64,000 nucleotides of DNA from a virus, in IMG/VR virus record IMGVR_UViG_3300033153_013152, positions 1 through 64,000 of that record; one strand, written 5' to 3'. Below the pieces are notes generated by a model that worked only from the letters and a program-made list of their open reading frames with translations, had not been told where the DNA came from and made no database searches. Shown here piece after piece: positions 18,788-28,117 of the stretch. Numbering within the stretch: position 1 is the first letter of the stretch; every line of letters starts with the position of its first letter. The translations under genes were made by a program, and so were the position numbers.

Positions 18788-20007
18788 AAGAATCCTACCT
18801 TCCCATCGCTATCTTTTTCTTCTTCAAGCAAATCTTCTTCAAATGTTTTATCTCCAAATGCCTTGTTATAAACTTCACCCAATGTCACATCTTTCTCAAA
18901 TATAAACGAATCTCCACCATCTGTCAAGCGATTATAAATTTCATTGGCTTTTTCAGGTTTCAATTTATTAATTGCTATATGCTTACACAATCTTCCTGGT
19001 CTAGTTAAAGCTTTATCGAACTTTAATTTATTAGCATTTGTTGTAGCAATGATTCTTAAATCTAAAATTGTACCAAAAATACCATCAGTATAATTTAACA
19101 AAGAACTAATAAGAGAAATATTATCTCCTCCTCTTGGTACCAAACAAGCATCTGCATCTTCAATAATAAACACCAAAGGACTATCAGCCTTTTCTACTTC
19201 ATCTCCACTTTCTGTTGCATCACCAATATCTGTTGCATCATCAGAAATATCTTCAAAATAAAATCTTCTTTTTCCTCCAGAAGAATATTTTTGATTTAAC
19301 AATGCTGGAATCAAAGTTGGTCCATCTAATTCGGAAATGAACTTTGCTGGAAGAAAAATAAAAGTACAATCTTTGCCCAATTCATTTACAAGACCTTTGA
19401 CGAAATACGTTTTTCCTGTTCCTGCTGGACCAGATAATATTGTCAATCTTCCTCTTGGTTCTTTTGCAATAAGTTGCATAGCAATATGATCAAATCCACC
19501 CATTACTTTATCAGTGTAATTTCTTCTTTCTAGTGGAGCATCAATCGAACCAATATCACTAAAAGAATAATTTCCTGCTTGTGCAGTTAACATATAAATT
19601 GTATTTTCTTTTTTAGTATAAAAATTATTTATGCCAATATCTTGAATTCTTTTTTCTTCTTCTTTTGTTGGCACAAGATAGATAACACTCATTTTCTTTT
19701 CTTTTTCTGTTGTTCTGCGCATACCAATAGAAATATACCTATCACCTTTTTCATCATAAAAATTATGAAATATTTGTCCCGACATTTCTTCTTTAATAAT
19801 AAAATGTTTTTCCATATCTAATTTTAATTCTTTAACCAATTCATCAAATTTTAATTTACTATATCCTCTATATCCACCTTTATACATTTTTTTATTTCTA
19901 TCAATAAGAATTTCATATAGCATTTTTGTCATAAAAGTATGAATCAAATATCCCGATTCTGTAAATTCAGAAAAACCCACTCTACTGAATACTTTATCCC
20001 AATCCAT
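18784..20007 (-). CDS. AAA+ ATPase (probable start MDWDK)
   Basis: Walker A GPAGTGKT, Walker B IIEDAD, TTN, and ALTRPGRL arginine finger. Confidence 0.85.
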   Translation of the reverse strand: MDWDKVFSRVGFSEFTESGYLIHTFMTKMLYEILIDRNKKMYKGGYRGYSKLKFDELVKELKLDMEKHFIIKEEMSGQIFHNFYDEKGDRYISIGMRRTTEKEKKMSVIYLVPTKEEEKRIQDIGINNFYTKKENTIYMLTAQAGNYSFSDIGSIDAPLERRNYTDKVMGGFDHIAMQLIAKEPRGRLTILSGPAGTGKTYFVKGLVNELGKDCTFIFLPAKFISELDGPTLIPALLNQKYSSGGKRRFYFEDISDDATDIGDATESGDEVEKADSPLVFIIEDADACLVPRGGDNISLISSLLNYTDGIFGTILDLRIIATTNANKLKFDKALTRPGRLCKHIAINKLKPEKANEIYNRLTDGGDSFIFEKDVTLGEVYNKAFGDKTFEEDLLEEEKDSDGKVGFF

Positions 20008-20393
20008 TATTTTTATACCATCCTTGCTCTTTGGCGGTTTTTCTTGCATGACAATTTGCACATCTTACTTCACACTTCTCTATTTCTTCTTTAAGTTTTT
20101 CAAAGCTTCTTCCTTGTCGAATCATTTTTGATACATTCATTTTTTTATCACAAATATGATCAAAAGTTAATACTACTGGATCAGTTTCTCCACAATCAAC
20201 ACAAGGATGTACCAACAAATATTCATAAACATATTTTCTATTCCTAATTCTTCTCATTTCATTCGATTTTAAAGTACATTTAATACATTTTCTGCTAATT
20301 ACTCCGTTTTGATTCATAGTAATACTTTCTTTGTTTGGCAGAATTACACATCGGACATATTTTTGTAGTATTCCAGGTCCAAGAAAATCCCAT
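19994..20393 (-). CDS. HNH endonuclease, probably split by a +1 frameshift (upstream part 20295..20393; downstream part 19994..20317)
   Basis: CVDCG...FDH...CANCH. A TAATG-coupled 32-aa ORF (CPMC...RKYYYESK-R) precedes it in another frame, with CGG at 20304-20306. Confidence 0.65.
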
Positions 20394-20719
20394 TACTTCT
20401 CTCCTATGTCAAGAAGCAACTTGTACAATTCATCTAGAAATGGTAATTTCGGAGAAAGAGAAAGTAAATAAGAATAACTTGTTCTCAAAGCAAATCTTAT
20501 TCTTTTGTCTTCTTCTATTGTTTGTCTCAAATAAACACACAAATCTCCAACTTCTTGATATGCATCAACCAAAGAATTTCTACCATTGAAAGGTTGGAGC
20601 ACAGTTCCATATTTCTTTTTACCAATTTCCTTTCTTTTTTTCATATCCTCAATCACAAGATCTTGGATACACTTTTCCTTATTTTTCTTTGGTTTTGGCT
20701 CTTTGTTATTGATATTCAT
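20393..20719 (-). CDS. All-alpha NTP pyrophosphohydrolase-like phage protein
   Basis: GKKKYGT.L...NGR..LVDAYQE..D...Y pattern. Confidence 0.5.
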   Translation of the reverse strand: MNINNKEPKPKKNKEKCIQDLVIEDMKKRKEIGKKKYGTVLQPFNGRNSLVDAYQEVGDLCVYLRQTIEEDKRIRFALRTSYSYLLSLSPKLPFLDELYKLLLDIGEK

Positions 20720-20919
20720 ATTATCCCTTTAGAATATTTTTCTTTGTTTTGTTTTCAATACAAGTACCACCACAACACTTATGATCAACTGTTGCAATAA
20801 TAACTTTACCACCCTCGTTAACCATAGAAACAATAACTTCACCACTACTAACAATTTTTTTCTTAGTTTCTTCTAGTTTATTATCAAAATCGGAATCTGT
20901 TGAATCCAAAACATACATA

Positions 20920-21234
20920 TTACTCTTCATCTTCAAGCTCCTTTATTGCCTCATCAAAATCAGATAAGGGGGAATGTTGTTCCGCATACTTCAAAATTTC
21001 TTCTGCTTCTAATTCTGTCACACCATATCTTTTTTTCTTGTTTTCTTTATCATCGGCATATTTCAAAACCAATTTCATTATTTCTTTATTATTTCTCATA
21101 TATGCTTTAAATAAAATTTCACCTAGTTTTTGATACGTAATTTTATCTACAACCATTTTTGCTTTTATTTTTTTCCAATCATCGGGCATAAATCTAAGAG
21201 GTGCTTGCTTTTTTAAAACCGTAATATTTGCCAC
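20920..21234 (-). CDS. Hypothetical protein, possibly ribbon-helix-helix DNA-binding
   Basis: ORF track; beta-alpha-alpha-like N-terminus. Confidence 0.4.
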   Translation of the reverse strand: MANITVLKKQAPLRFMPDDWKKIKAKMVVDKITYQKLGEILFKAYMRNNKEIMKLVLKYADDKENKKKRYGVTELEAEEILKYAEQHSPLSDFDEAIKELEDEE

Positions 21235-21402
21235 TATTTACTCCACTTTTCAAATAAAGATTTTAGCAAACAATCTCTTGTAATTTTTAGATTTTCTATT
21301 CTCTCCAAATTATTATCGGGCTTTATTTCTAATTCTCTTATTCTACCACGAATTTCATTCAAAGATGAAAATAATTCAAAAACAAAAATATGATAAGGCA
21401 TT

Positions 21403-21984
21403 TTATTTGAGTGACATTTGTTTGACTTTTTCATAAAATTCACTCCAAGCTTTATTCTTATCGGTAAATGTCCAATTTGTTTTGCAATCCTTGTTATAGG
21501 CATATTTTATCTTAGCAGTAAAGCCTTTTGGGTTCTTTTTTTTCCATGGTTTTATATGATTTGGGCAATCATCAAACATAATATTGCCTCTCACATAATA
21601 TTTTTTGTGTGTAAATATAAGATTTTCTAGAGGAAAATTAGGCAAATACTTTTTTATCCATTTTCTCTTGTCGTTTGCTGCAAAATCAGATTTTCTAGGT
21701 AATTGCGTAACTATTAACACTTCATGATCATCTTCAAGTAATTTATTAAAATATTTCACAGCACCAGAAATTGGTTGTACTTCTCTAAAAAACCCTGGCA
21801 ACTCAAGAAGATAATCAAGAATTTCAGGAAACTTACATAATTCTTGAATATTATAATCAGTTACATCTTCTTCTGTTAATACCTCTCCAGTTATAAAATT
21901 GTACTTATTTAACCAATAGGGAAAAAAATCAACCAAAATTGAATCCATATCAATCAACAAAACTAACTTCTTCATACTACCCAT
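21403..21984 (-). CDS. 5'(3')-deoxyribonucleotidase (HAD, NT5C-like)
   Basis: LIDMDSILVDF, K.KWI..YLP, and GNIMFDD.P motifs. Confidence 0.85.
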   Translation of the reverse strand: MGSMKKLVLLIDMDSILVDFFPYWLNKYNFITGEVLTEEDVTDYNIQELCKFPEILDYLLELPGFFREVQPISGAVKYFNKLLEDDHEVLIVTQLPRKSDFAANDKRKWIKKYLPNFPLENLIFTHKKYYVRGNIMFDDCPNHIKPWKKKNPKGFTAKIKYAYNKDCKTNWTFTDKNKAWSEFYEKVKQMSLK

Positions 21985-21999
21985 AATAACACAAAATTA

Positions 22000-22383
22000 T
22001 CAAATTGACAAACTTTTTATTTCTCCATTCCAATCAGAAAATACTATTGTTTTTATACCACATTTTTTAATAAATTTGTAACATTTTTTGCACGGCATTG
22101 CCATAGATAGAGAATTGTCTTTCAAAATACGAACAACTATTATTGTATCACCATCTTTTTTGGCTCTAACTAGAGACAATGCTTCAGCATGTATACTAAA
22201 TTTATAACCCAACAGCTTAAAAATATCATTAGTAGTTTTACAATTATATCCTCTTCCAATTATTTTTCCATTTTTTATTACAATTGCTCCAAGCCGATAA
22301 CTACTTCCATTGACATAAGAAAACTCAGATTTTTTCGCTTCTTTAATTGCCTCATTGACGTATTTATAGTTTAAAATACTCAT
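22000..22383 (-). CDS. Zn-dependent cytidine/dCMP deaminase-fold protein
   Basis: HAE...PCKKC. Confidence 0.8.
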   Translation of the reverse strand: MSILNYKYVNEAIKEAKKSEFSYVNGSSYRLGAIVIKNGKIIGRGYNCKTTNDIFKLLGYKFSIHAEALSLVRAKKDGDTIIVVRILKDNSLSMAMPCKKCYKFIKKCGIKTIVFSDWNGEIKSLSI

Positions 22384-22737
22384 TTATTTTCCTTACATAA
22401 TTAACCAAATAAATGCCAACTATTTCTTTTTCTTTTTGAGTCAATTCCCTTTCTGGAGATATTTTTGCCTCTATTTCTTCTAATTCATCTATTATTATAT
22501 TAATTTCTTTAGCTATCTTATATTTTTTAACATTTTTCTTTCCCCAAGTCAAACAAAAAATTGAAAATATTGACATAAAAACAAAATAAATAAAGTCTGT
22601 AGTATTAGCTCCACAAACACAAAATTTATACAAATAATAAGATGACCAAATACAATTAAGTGGAAACAAAATAAAATAAATATATGAAAAAATTTTATGA
22701 AATTTTATTGGATATCTATTTTTTTTATTTAAAAAAT

Positions 22738-23814
22738 TCATTTTATCAATTCCTTATCTACCAAATAATCTTCAACCAAATTATAACACAATTGATCCAA
22801 AAAAGCTCTATCAGGATTCTTGGGCAATTTAGTTGTTTCATACAATTCAGCTACTTTTTGTTCACATTCTTTTGCATATTGAATAATTTGATCATATGTC
22901 CAAGCACCATTCCTAATAGATTTTAATTCTTCTCTATCTGGTCTATATACTTTAACCCTACCTTCTTCTAGAATTTCAATACACATACGCATCAATCTTA
23001 CCAAGTGCATAGCGTGTTTTGTATCATAGCCATAATCTTTTTCTAATTTCATTCTATCTTTATTTCTTTTTTTCTTCCATGTTTGATATGCATTCCATTC
23101 ATTTAAAGCATTGATATATCTCTTTTCGCGCATCATTGATTCAATCCATTCATCAGTTGCACCAGTCAACTTCTGAACTTCATTCCAGCATTTATCCGGA
23201 ATTCCTCTTTGAACTGCACCAATATAATTCACATCTTTTAGTTCTGCTTTTGCCTCATCAGACAAATTCATATAGTCCAATGTACCTTTGAGCAAATGAG
23301 CTAACAACCATTGAAATGCACCCATATCATCATTACTGATTAACTTTTGCTTTTCTGGCAAACCATAGTCAGATCTCTCTGGCTTTTTATTTGGAGGATT
23401 CAAAAGATATCCTCTGTGTCTCTTAATGCGATTTAGTTGTGCATATGCATAACCAGTGAATCTATAGCGAACATTTTTAGATAAAAACTTATGTCTATGT
23501 CTATGTAATTTCCTCCAATACTTTGAACTATGAAACCAATGAGATTCATCTGTAAAAAGTAATTCGAGGATATTGGGATTATTTTGAGCAGCTAATCCAA
23601 TGAATTTTCTTATATCGTAAATAACCCTATCGTCTTCAAATCCCTTATCCATCTGCTCAAACTTATTTATGCCCATTCCAAAATAGTAAGACTTATCTGG
23701 AATAATACATACTCCCCTAATATCTGTATCCGATTCTGGAGTATTGGTTCCATAGGCTTTAGAACCACCAATAGTAAGAAAAATGGTATTATCAACTACT
23801 AGTTCTTTCTTCAT
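22738..23814 (-). CDS. Pol-beta-superfamily nucleotidyltransferase (RlaP/YcgL-like)
   Basis: GGSKAYGTNTPESDTDIRG, NPNILELL, YDTKHAMHLVRL. Confidence 0.85.
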   Translation of the reverse strand: MKKELVVDNTIFLTIGGSKAYGTNTPESDTDIRGVCIIPDKSYYFGMGINKFEQMDKGFEDDRVIYDIRKFIGLAAQNNPNILELLFTDESHWFHSSKYWRKLHRHRHKFLSKNVRYRFTGYAYAQLNRIKRHRGYLLNPPNKKPERSDYGLPEKQKLISNDDMGAFQWLLAHLLKGTLDYMNLSDEAKAELKDVNYIGAVQRGIPDKCWNEVQKLTGATDEWIESMMREKRYINALNEWNAYQTWKKKRNKDRMKLEKDYGYDTKHAMHLVRLMRMCIEILEEGRVKVYRPDREELKSIRNGAWTYDQIIQYAKECEQKVAELYETTKLPKNPDRAFLDQLCYNLVEDYLVDKELIK

Positions 23815-24503
23815 TCCACAACCTCAAGATAATCATATGCTTCTTGACAATCATTATCAATACATATTTTTAATCTAAACTCCCATATTCCAATATTTCC
23901 AGGATCATCCATTAAACTTAAAGAATAAAAAGAATACCACGTATCAGTAACAAAATTAGTATTAGGAACGAATGGAAGAGTATATACATAACCATTTGGA
24001 AAGGTAATAAAAGATTGCATTAAATCAAATTCATTCACTTCTAAAACAAAATAAATAAAAATAATATCTCCTAACCTAAAACATTTTTTGTTCTCACTTG
24101 GAACATAATAAGAATATTCATTAAAAAATATAATATCAGAAATCCATTCTGTAATATTGTTATCAGGTAATTCTTCCATGCACAAACTTAAATTTGGATC
24201 TCCATTAGAATATTCATCACCCTGTAAAATATAATCATCACCAGGATTATATTCATCTCCTTCGTTTTCATTTGATGGCATGTAATCATCTGATGGAATT
24301 GGATCTCCAGTTACTGAAATATCAATATATTCATCACCTTGTGGAGACATATTATCACTTTGAATATCTGGCTTTATAGGTTGTGGGGCACAAGAAAAAA
24401 GAAAAATTAGAAATATTAAATTATTTAGATTCATTTTCCATCCTCGCTTTCGTTTCATAAACTCTCTTCTTAAATTTATAAAATGATTCCAATTTTGGTT
24501 CAA
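23811..24503 (-). CDS. Predicted acidic lipoprotein with short GDEY repeats (probable start MNLNN at about 24434)
   Basis: FLFSC lipobox; QGDEY, EGDEY and QGDEY repeats. Confidence 0.55.
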   Translation of the reverse strand: MNQNWNHFINLRREFMKRKRGWKMNLNNLIFLIFLFSCAPQPIKPDIQSDNMSPQGDEYIDISVTGDPIPSDDYMPSNENEGDEYNPGDDYILQGDEYSNGDPNLSLCMEELPDNNITEWISDIIFFNEYSYYVPSENKKCFRLGDIIFIYFVLEVNEFDLMQSFITFPNGYVYTLPFVPNTNFVTDTWYSFYSLSLMDDPGNIGIWEFRLKICIDNDCQEAYDYLEVVE

Positions 24504-25050
24504 TCATCTTAACATTATGAGCCATATGATCAGCATATGACAATACAAACAAATCATCAAGCAAATCATATTTGGCATTAACTCTATTGATAAATCTTTT
24601 AATTCCTTTTTCTTTTACTCCACTATTCATGAGCAATGTTGGAGTCATATGTTCAAAAACTAGAACTGCAACCTTATCTTCAAACGTGGGATACAATCCA
24701 TATTTATGGGCAAATTCAATCCAAATCTTTGCACTTTTTGCTGGATGTCCATAAAAATGAATATTTCCATCTTTGATTGAATACGTATATGGTTTTCCAA
24801 TATCATGAAACAAAGCTGCAAATTTCAAATGTAGCTCATTAGGAACATGATCAACAACACCCAAACTATGTTCCCATGCTGATTTATCATGCCACTTACC
24901 TTGATCTTTATCAAAATCAACGAGATTCTGAATATTGGGAAACTGCTTAAAGAAGCCTGTTTTTTCAAGTCTTTTAAGATTGGTTACAGAATCGCCTGTG
25001 ATAAGAGATTCACGTAGAATTTCATAAGCATTCATCATTTTATTCACCAA
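24421..25050 (-). CDS. HD-domain hydrolase resembling the C-terminal HD region of CCA-adding enzymes
   Basis: WEHS, ALFHDIGKP, FYGH, FEHM, YAD motifs. Confidence 0.8.
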   Translation of the reverse strand: MVNKMMNAYEILRESLITGDSVTNLKRLEKTGFFKQFPNIQNLVDFDKDQGKWHDKSAWEHSLGVVDHVPNELHLKFAALFHDIGKPYTYSIKDGNIHFYGHPAKSAKIWIEFAHKYGLYPTFEDKVAVLVFEHMTPTLLMNSGVKEKGIKRFINRVNAKYDLLDDLFVLSYADHMAHNVKMIEPKLESFYKFKKRVYETKARMENESK

Positions 25051-25357
25051 ACAATTTCAACTGTTTCTTTTTCATTTCCTCATCTAGTTCTTTTTGCTTC
25101 TTCCATTCTTTATATTGTTCTAGATATTCTTTGCAAGTAATATCTTCATCTGGTCCCCAAGGATAATAATCTGCCCATCTTCCCGCCTCTTCTTCAATTG
25201 AATAAAGAATAAATGATTCAACACGATTTGAATCAAACAATTCTTGTGCTGCTTCTTCTACAACATCACGCATTTCTTCATCATCACAAAGTACCGGAAC
25301 AATTGCTTCCCATTGAATTTGAACTACTCTTAGTTTTTTCATTGCATCTCCTATTTT

Positions 25358-25432
25358 TGGCTCCGGAGGCGAGGCTCGAACTCGCAACTTGCGGATTAAC
25401 AGTCCGCTACTCTTCCATTGAGTTACCCCGGA
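25358..25432 (-). tRNA. tRNA-Asn (anticodon GUU)
   Basis: Cloverleaf: acceptor TCCGGGG/CTCCGGA, anticodon arm GCGGA-CTGTTAA-TCCGC, T-loop TTCGAGC, encoded CCA. Confidence 0.95.
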
Positions 25433-25450
25433 TTAAAGACCATTGAGTGA

Positions 25451-25479
25451 ATTGTAATAGAATTCTATTCGAAAATCAA
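25451..25479 (-). promoter_or_regulatory. Promoter for tRNA-Asn with a palindrome in the spacer
   Basis: TTGATT, 17 nt, TACAAT; AATAGAATTCTATT at 25456-25469. Confidence 0.5.
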
Positions 25480-26509
25480 GAACTATTTTCGATCAAATTG
25501 ATTTCTCAAATCACCATACGGATCTGTTTTGGCTTCTGTTGCTTCAACAATTTCTACCAATCCATTTTTATATAATGCTTCTGCCAATTTCGCAACAAAT
25601 TCATTAATATACTCTTTTACCTTTGGATCTTTAGCATTCATACCAATAACTTTTTCATTAATTTTATAATTCATTTCCTTTAGAGCCTTTTCATCAAAAA
25701 CAACATTTTTATTCTTTTCGATACATTCAAATGTTACTTGAATATTTTCTGGAGTTGTTTGAAATACTCTAATCTGTACTAAATCCAAAAAAGAAACATT
25801 TTGCATAATATTTATTTTTGGTTTAATTTTATTTTTCATTTTTTCCCTCTTTTGGAAATTCATCAAAAGTATCACTATAAACTTTTGTTAGTTTCATTAC
25901 ATCTGGTTCTTCTTCATCATCCGTATTTCTCTTATAAGAATTAGGATCATAAGTATGTTTGTGTTTTATTGGAGATATCAATTTTTGAACACCACTTCTA
26001 CTAAATTCTGAATCAGCACCATTAGTACCCCTAGAAAAATCAGCTCCCAACTCTTCAATATTCTTCTTCATTTTTCTTTTTCGAAAATGATTCAAAATTG
26101 TTTCTAATATTTTTTTCAATTGCATTAATATAATCCTCTTTTATTTTTGCAGAATTTAACAAATTAGATAATTCAACACTATTCGATAAAGCATCTAAAC
26201 CATTGGCCCTTAAATTTAAATCAATTAATAATTTAATATTATTAATTTGTTCCATAGAAATCTCTAAAATATACATCTTAACCTCCTAATAAATAGTTAT
26301 TTATTCGACCAATTCTTCTCTGAACTTTTTATAAAATATATACCTTGTCCACTCTAATTCTTTTTCTAGATCTTTAGCAACTATTTCACATCCCCTTAAA
26401 GCATAACAACAATTATTTTTTTCATTATTTTCAATATATTTTTCATAATCAACTTTACTATCATAACGACCAATAAAATATCCAATAACTAGAGTTAATG
26501 CACAGAATA

Positions 26510-27100
26510 CTATCCAATTCTTTCGCATTTTATTCCAGATCTCTTTAATATATTTATACCCTCTAAATCTTCCAAATATTCATTTTCATAATAAACCTCT
26601 GAAATTGCTTTAGTATTTATTATTCTTCTTGCACACATTTTACAAGGATTATAAGTAACATATAATTTACTACCCTTATTTATTGTCGGATCAAATTTAA
26701 TAATACAATTTTCTTCTGCATGTATAAAACCAGATTTTCCGGTATCCATTGAATCTCTTTTGTTTGTTCCCCCGATTTCATCTCCATTATATCCTGGATA
26801 TAATACACCAAATGGTGTGACTATTACAGCACCAATTTTATATTTGGGATCTTTACTTTCTTTAGCAAATTCTGCAGCTATTCTTAAATATAATTTGTGA
26901 ATTTTCAATTCTTTATTTTCTTTTTCTTCTTTTTTTTTCATTAAACTATCTGAACATCTGCACTTATGTTTTTCACAAGCCCTATATCCTTTACAAGTAT
27001 CATATATTGCTTCATTATTACATATTTCTACTTTTGGTTCATCATCCCAAATTGGATCTCCAATATCAAACCAACCACATTTTTCTTTTTCATTAGGCAT
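26510..27100 (-). CDS. dCMP deaminase with Cys-rich N-terminal extension
   Basis: HAEENCI and PCKMCA motifs; start trimmed to MPNEKEK. Confidence 0.85.
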   Translation of the reverse strand: MPNEKEKCGWFDIGDPIWDDEPKVEICNNEAIYDTCKGYRACEKHKCRCSDSLMKKKEEKENKELKIHKLYLRIAAEFAKESKDPKYKIGAVIVTPFGVLYPGYNGDEIGGTNKRDSMDTGKSGFIHAEENCIIKFDPTINKGSKLYVTYNPCKMCARRIINTKAISEVYYENEYLEDLEGINILKRSGIKCERIG

Positions 27101-28109
27101 GAAACAATCTCTCAATCTTTGCAGAATTAGATAATAGCACAAAATCTTCATCTGGTAAATACTTAAAATCTGACAAATATTTACAATTCATATATGACAT
27201 TGCAGATCTAAATGCTTCTCCCAATGAATGCCAAAATACTTCAACTGAACCAGTATATGGAATTAGCGTATCATCTCCCTCAATATTTTTTTTACTTTTC
27301 TTTACCGCATATGAAGTTTGACCCCCATATTGCTTATACAATTTTTCATTGAATTTCACAACTGGTCCAGGACTTTCTTTGCACGAAGCAAATAATTTAC
27401 CCGAAATAATTCCATCACATCCCAAAGCAATTGCCTTAACACAATCTGCAGTTCCTTTAACTGAACCATCACAAATAATTGCTGGACCACATCCACCCGT
27501 AATAACATTTCTATAGGTAGCAATTTCTCTAATCAATGTAGCTTGTCCCACACCAATAGAAGTTTTGGCCGAAGTAAGACAAATAGAACCATTTCCTATT
27601 CCTAACCTTACCCCATCTACTCCTAAATCAGCAAGAAATTTATATCCCTCAACACTAGCCACATTACCCGCAACAAGATAAGTACCAGGATATCCTTTCC
27701 TTATTTCTTTTATTGCAGTCTCAACTACAGAATTAAATCCATTTGCCGTATCAATATTGAAATATCTTATGCCCAAATCAAACGCATATAGAAATGGCTC
27801 TTCAAAATCTTTTGCCGGAATTGATACAAAAAAATCTCCCAATCCCTTATCGATCAAATGTTTAATAATTCTAGCATCATAATATTTATCATCACTTCTT
27901 GGTAAAAATCCTATACCACCAAGTTCATCCATCTTTTCAACCATTCTCTCTCCAGTAACCAATTTCATTGGAGAGGGAAAAATTGGCAAACTCATTTCTA
28001 AACAACCAAAAAGATAAGAGATAGTTTGAACACCTGTTCTACTTTCAATTTCTGATTTCTTATTTGGTCTCAATCCAATGTCATCAAATGAATAAGTTTG
28101 TTTAAACAT
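27093..28109 (-). CDS. IMP dehydrogenase / GMP reductase family protein, without CBS domains
   Basis: DTANG, AGNVA, GIGNGSIC (catalytic Cys), CDG, and EG...IPYTG motifs. Confidence 0.85.
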   Translation of the reverse strand: MFKQTYSFDDIGLRPNKKSEIESRTGVQTISYLFGCLEMSLPIFPSPMKLVTGERMVEKMDELGGIGFLPRSDDKYYDARIIKHLIDKGLGDFFVSIPAKDFEEPFLYAFDLGIRYFNIDTANGFNSVVETAIKEIRKGYPGTYLVAGNVASVEGYKFLADLGVDGVRLGIGNGSICLTSAKTSIGVGQATLIREIATYRNVITGGCGPAIICDGSVKGTADCVKAIALGCDGIISGKLFASCKESPGPVVKFNEKLYKQYGGQTSYAVKKSKKNIEGDDTLIPYTGSVEVFWHSLGEAFRSAMSYMNCKYLSDFKYLPDEDFVLLSNSAKIERLFHA

Positions 28110-28117
28110 ATATTCTC

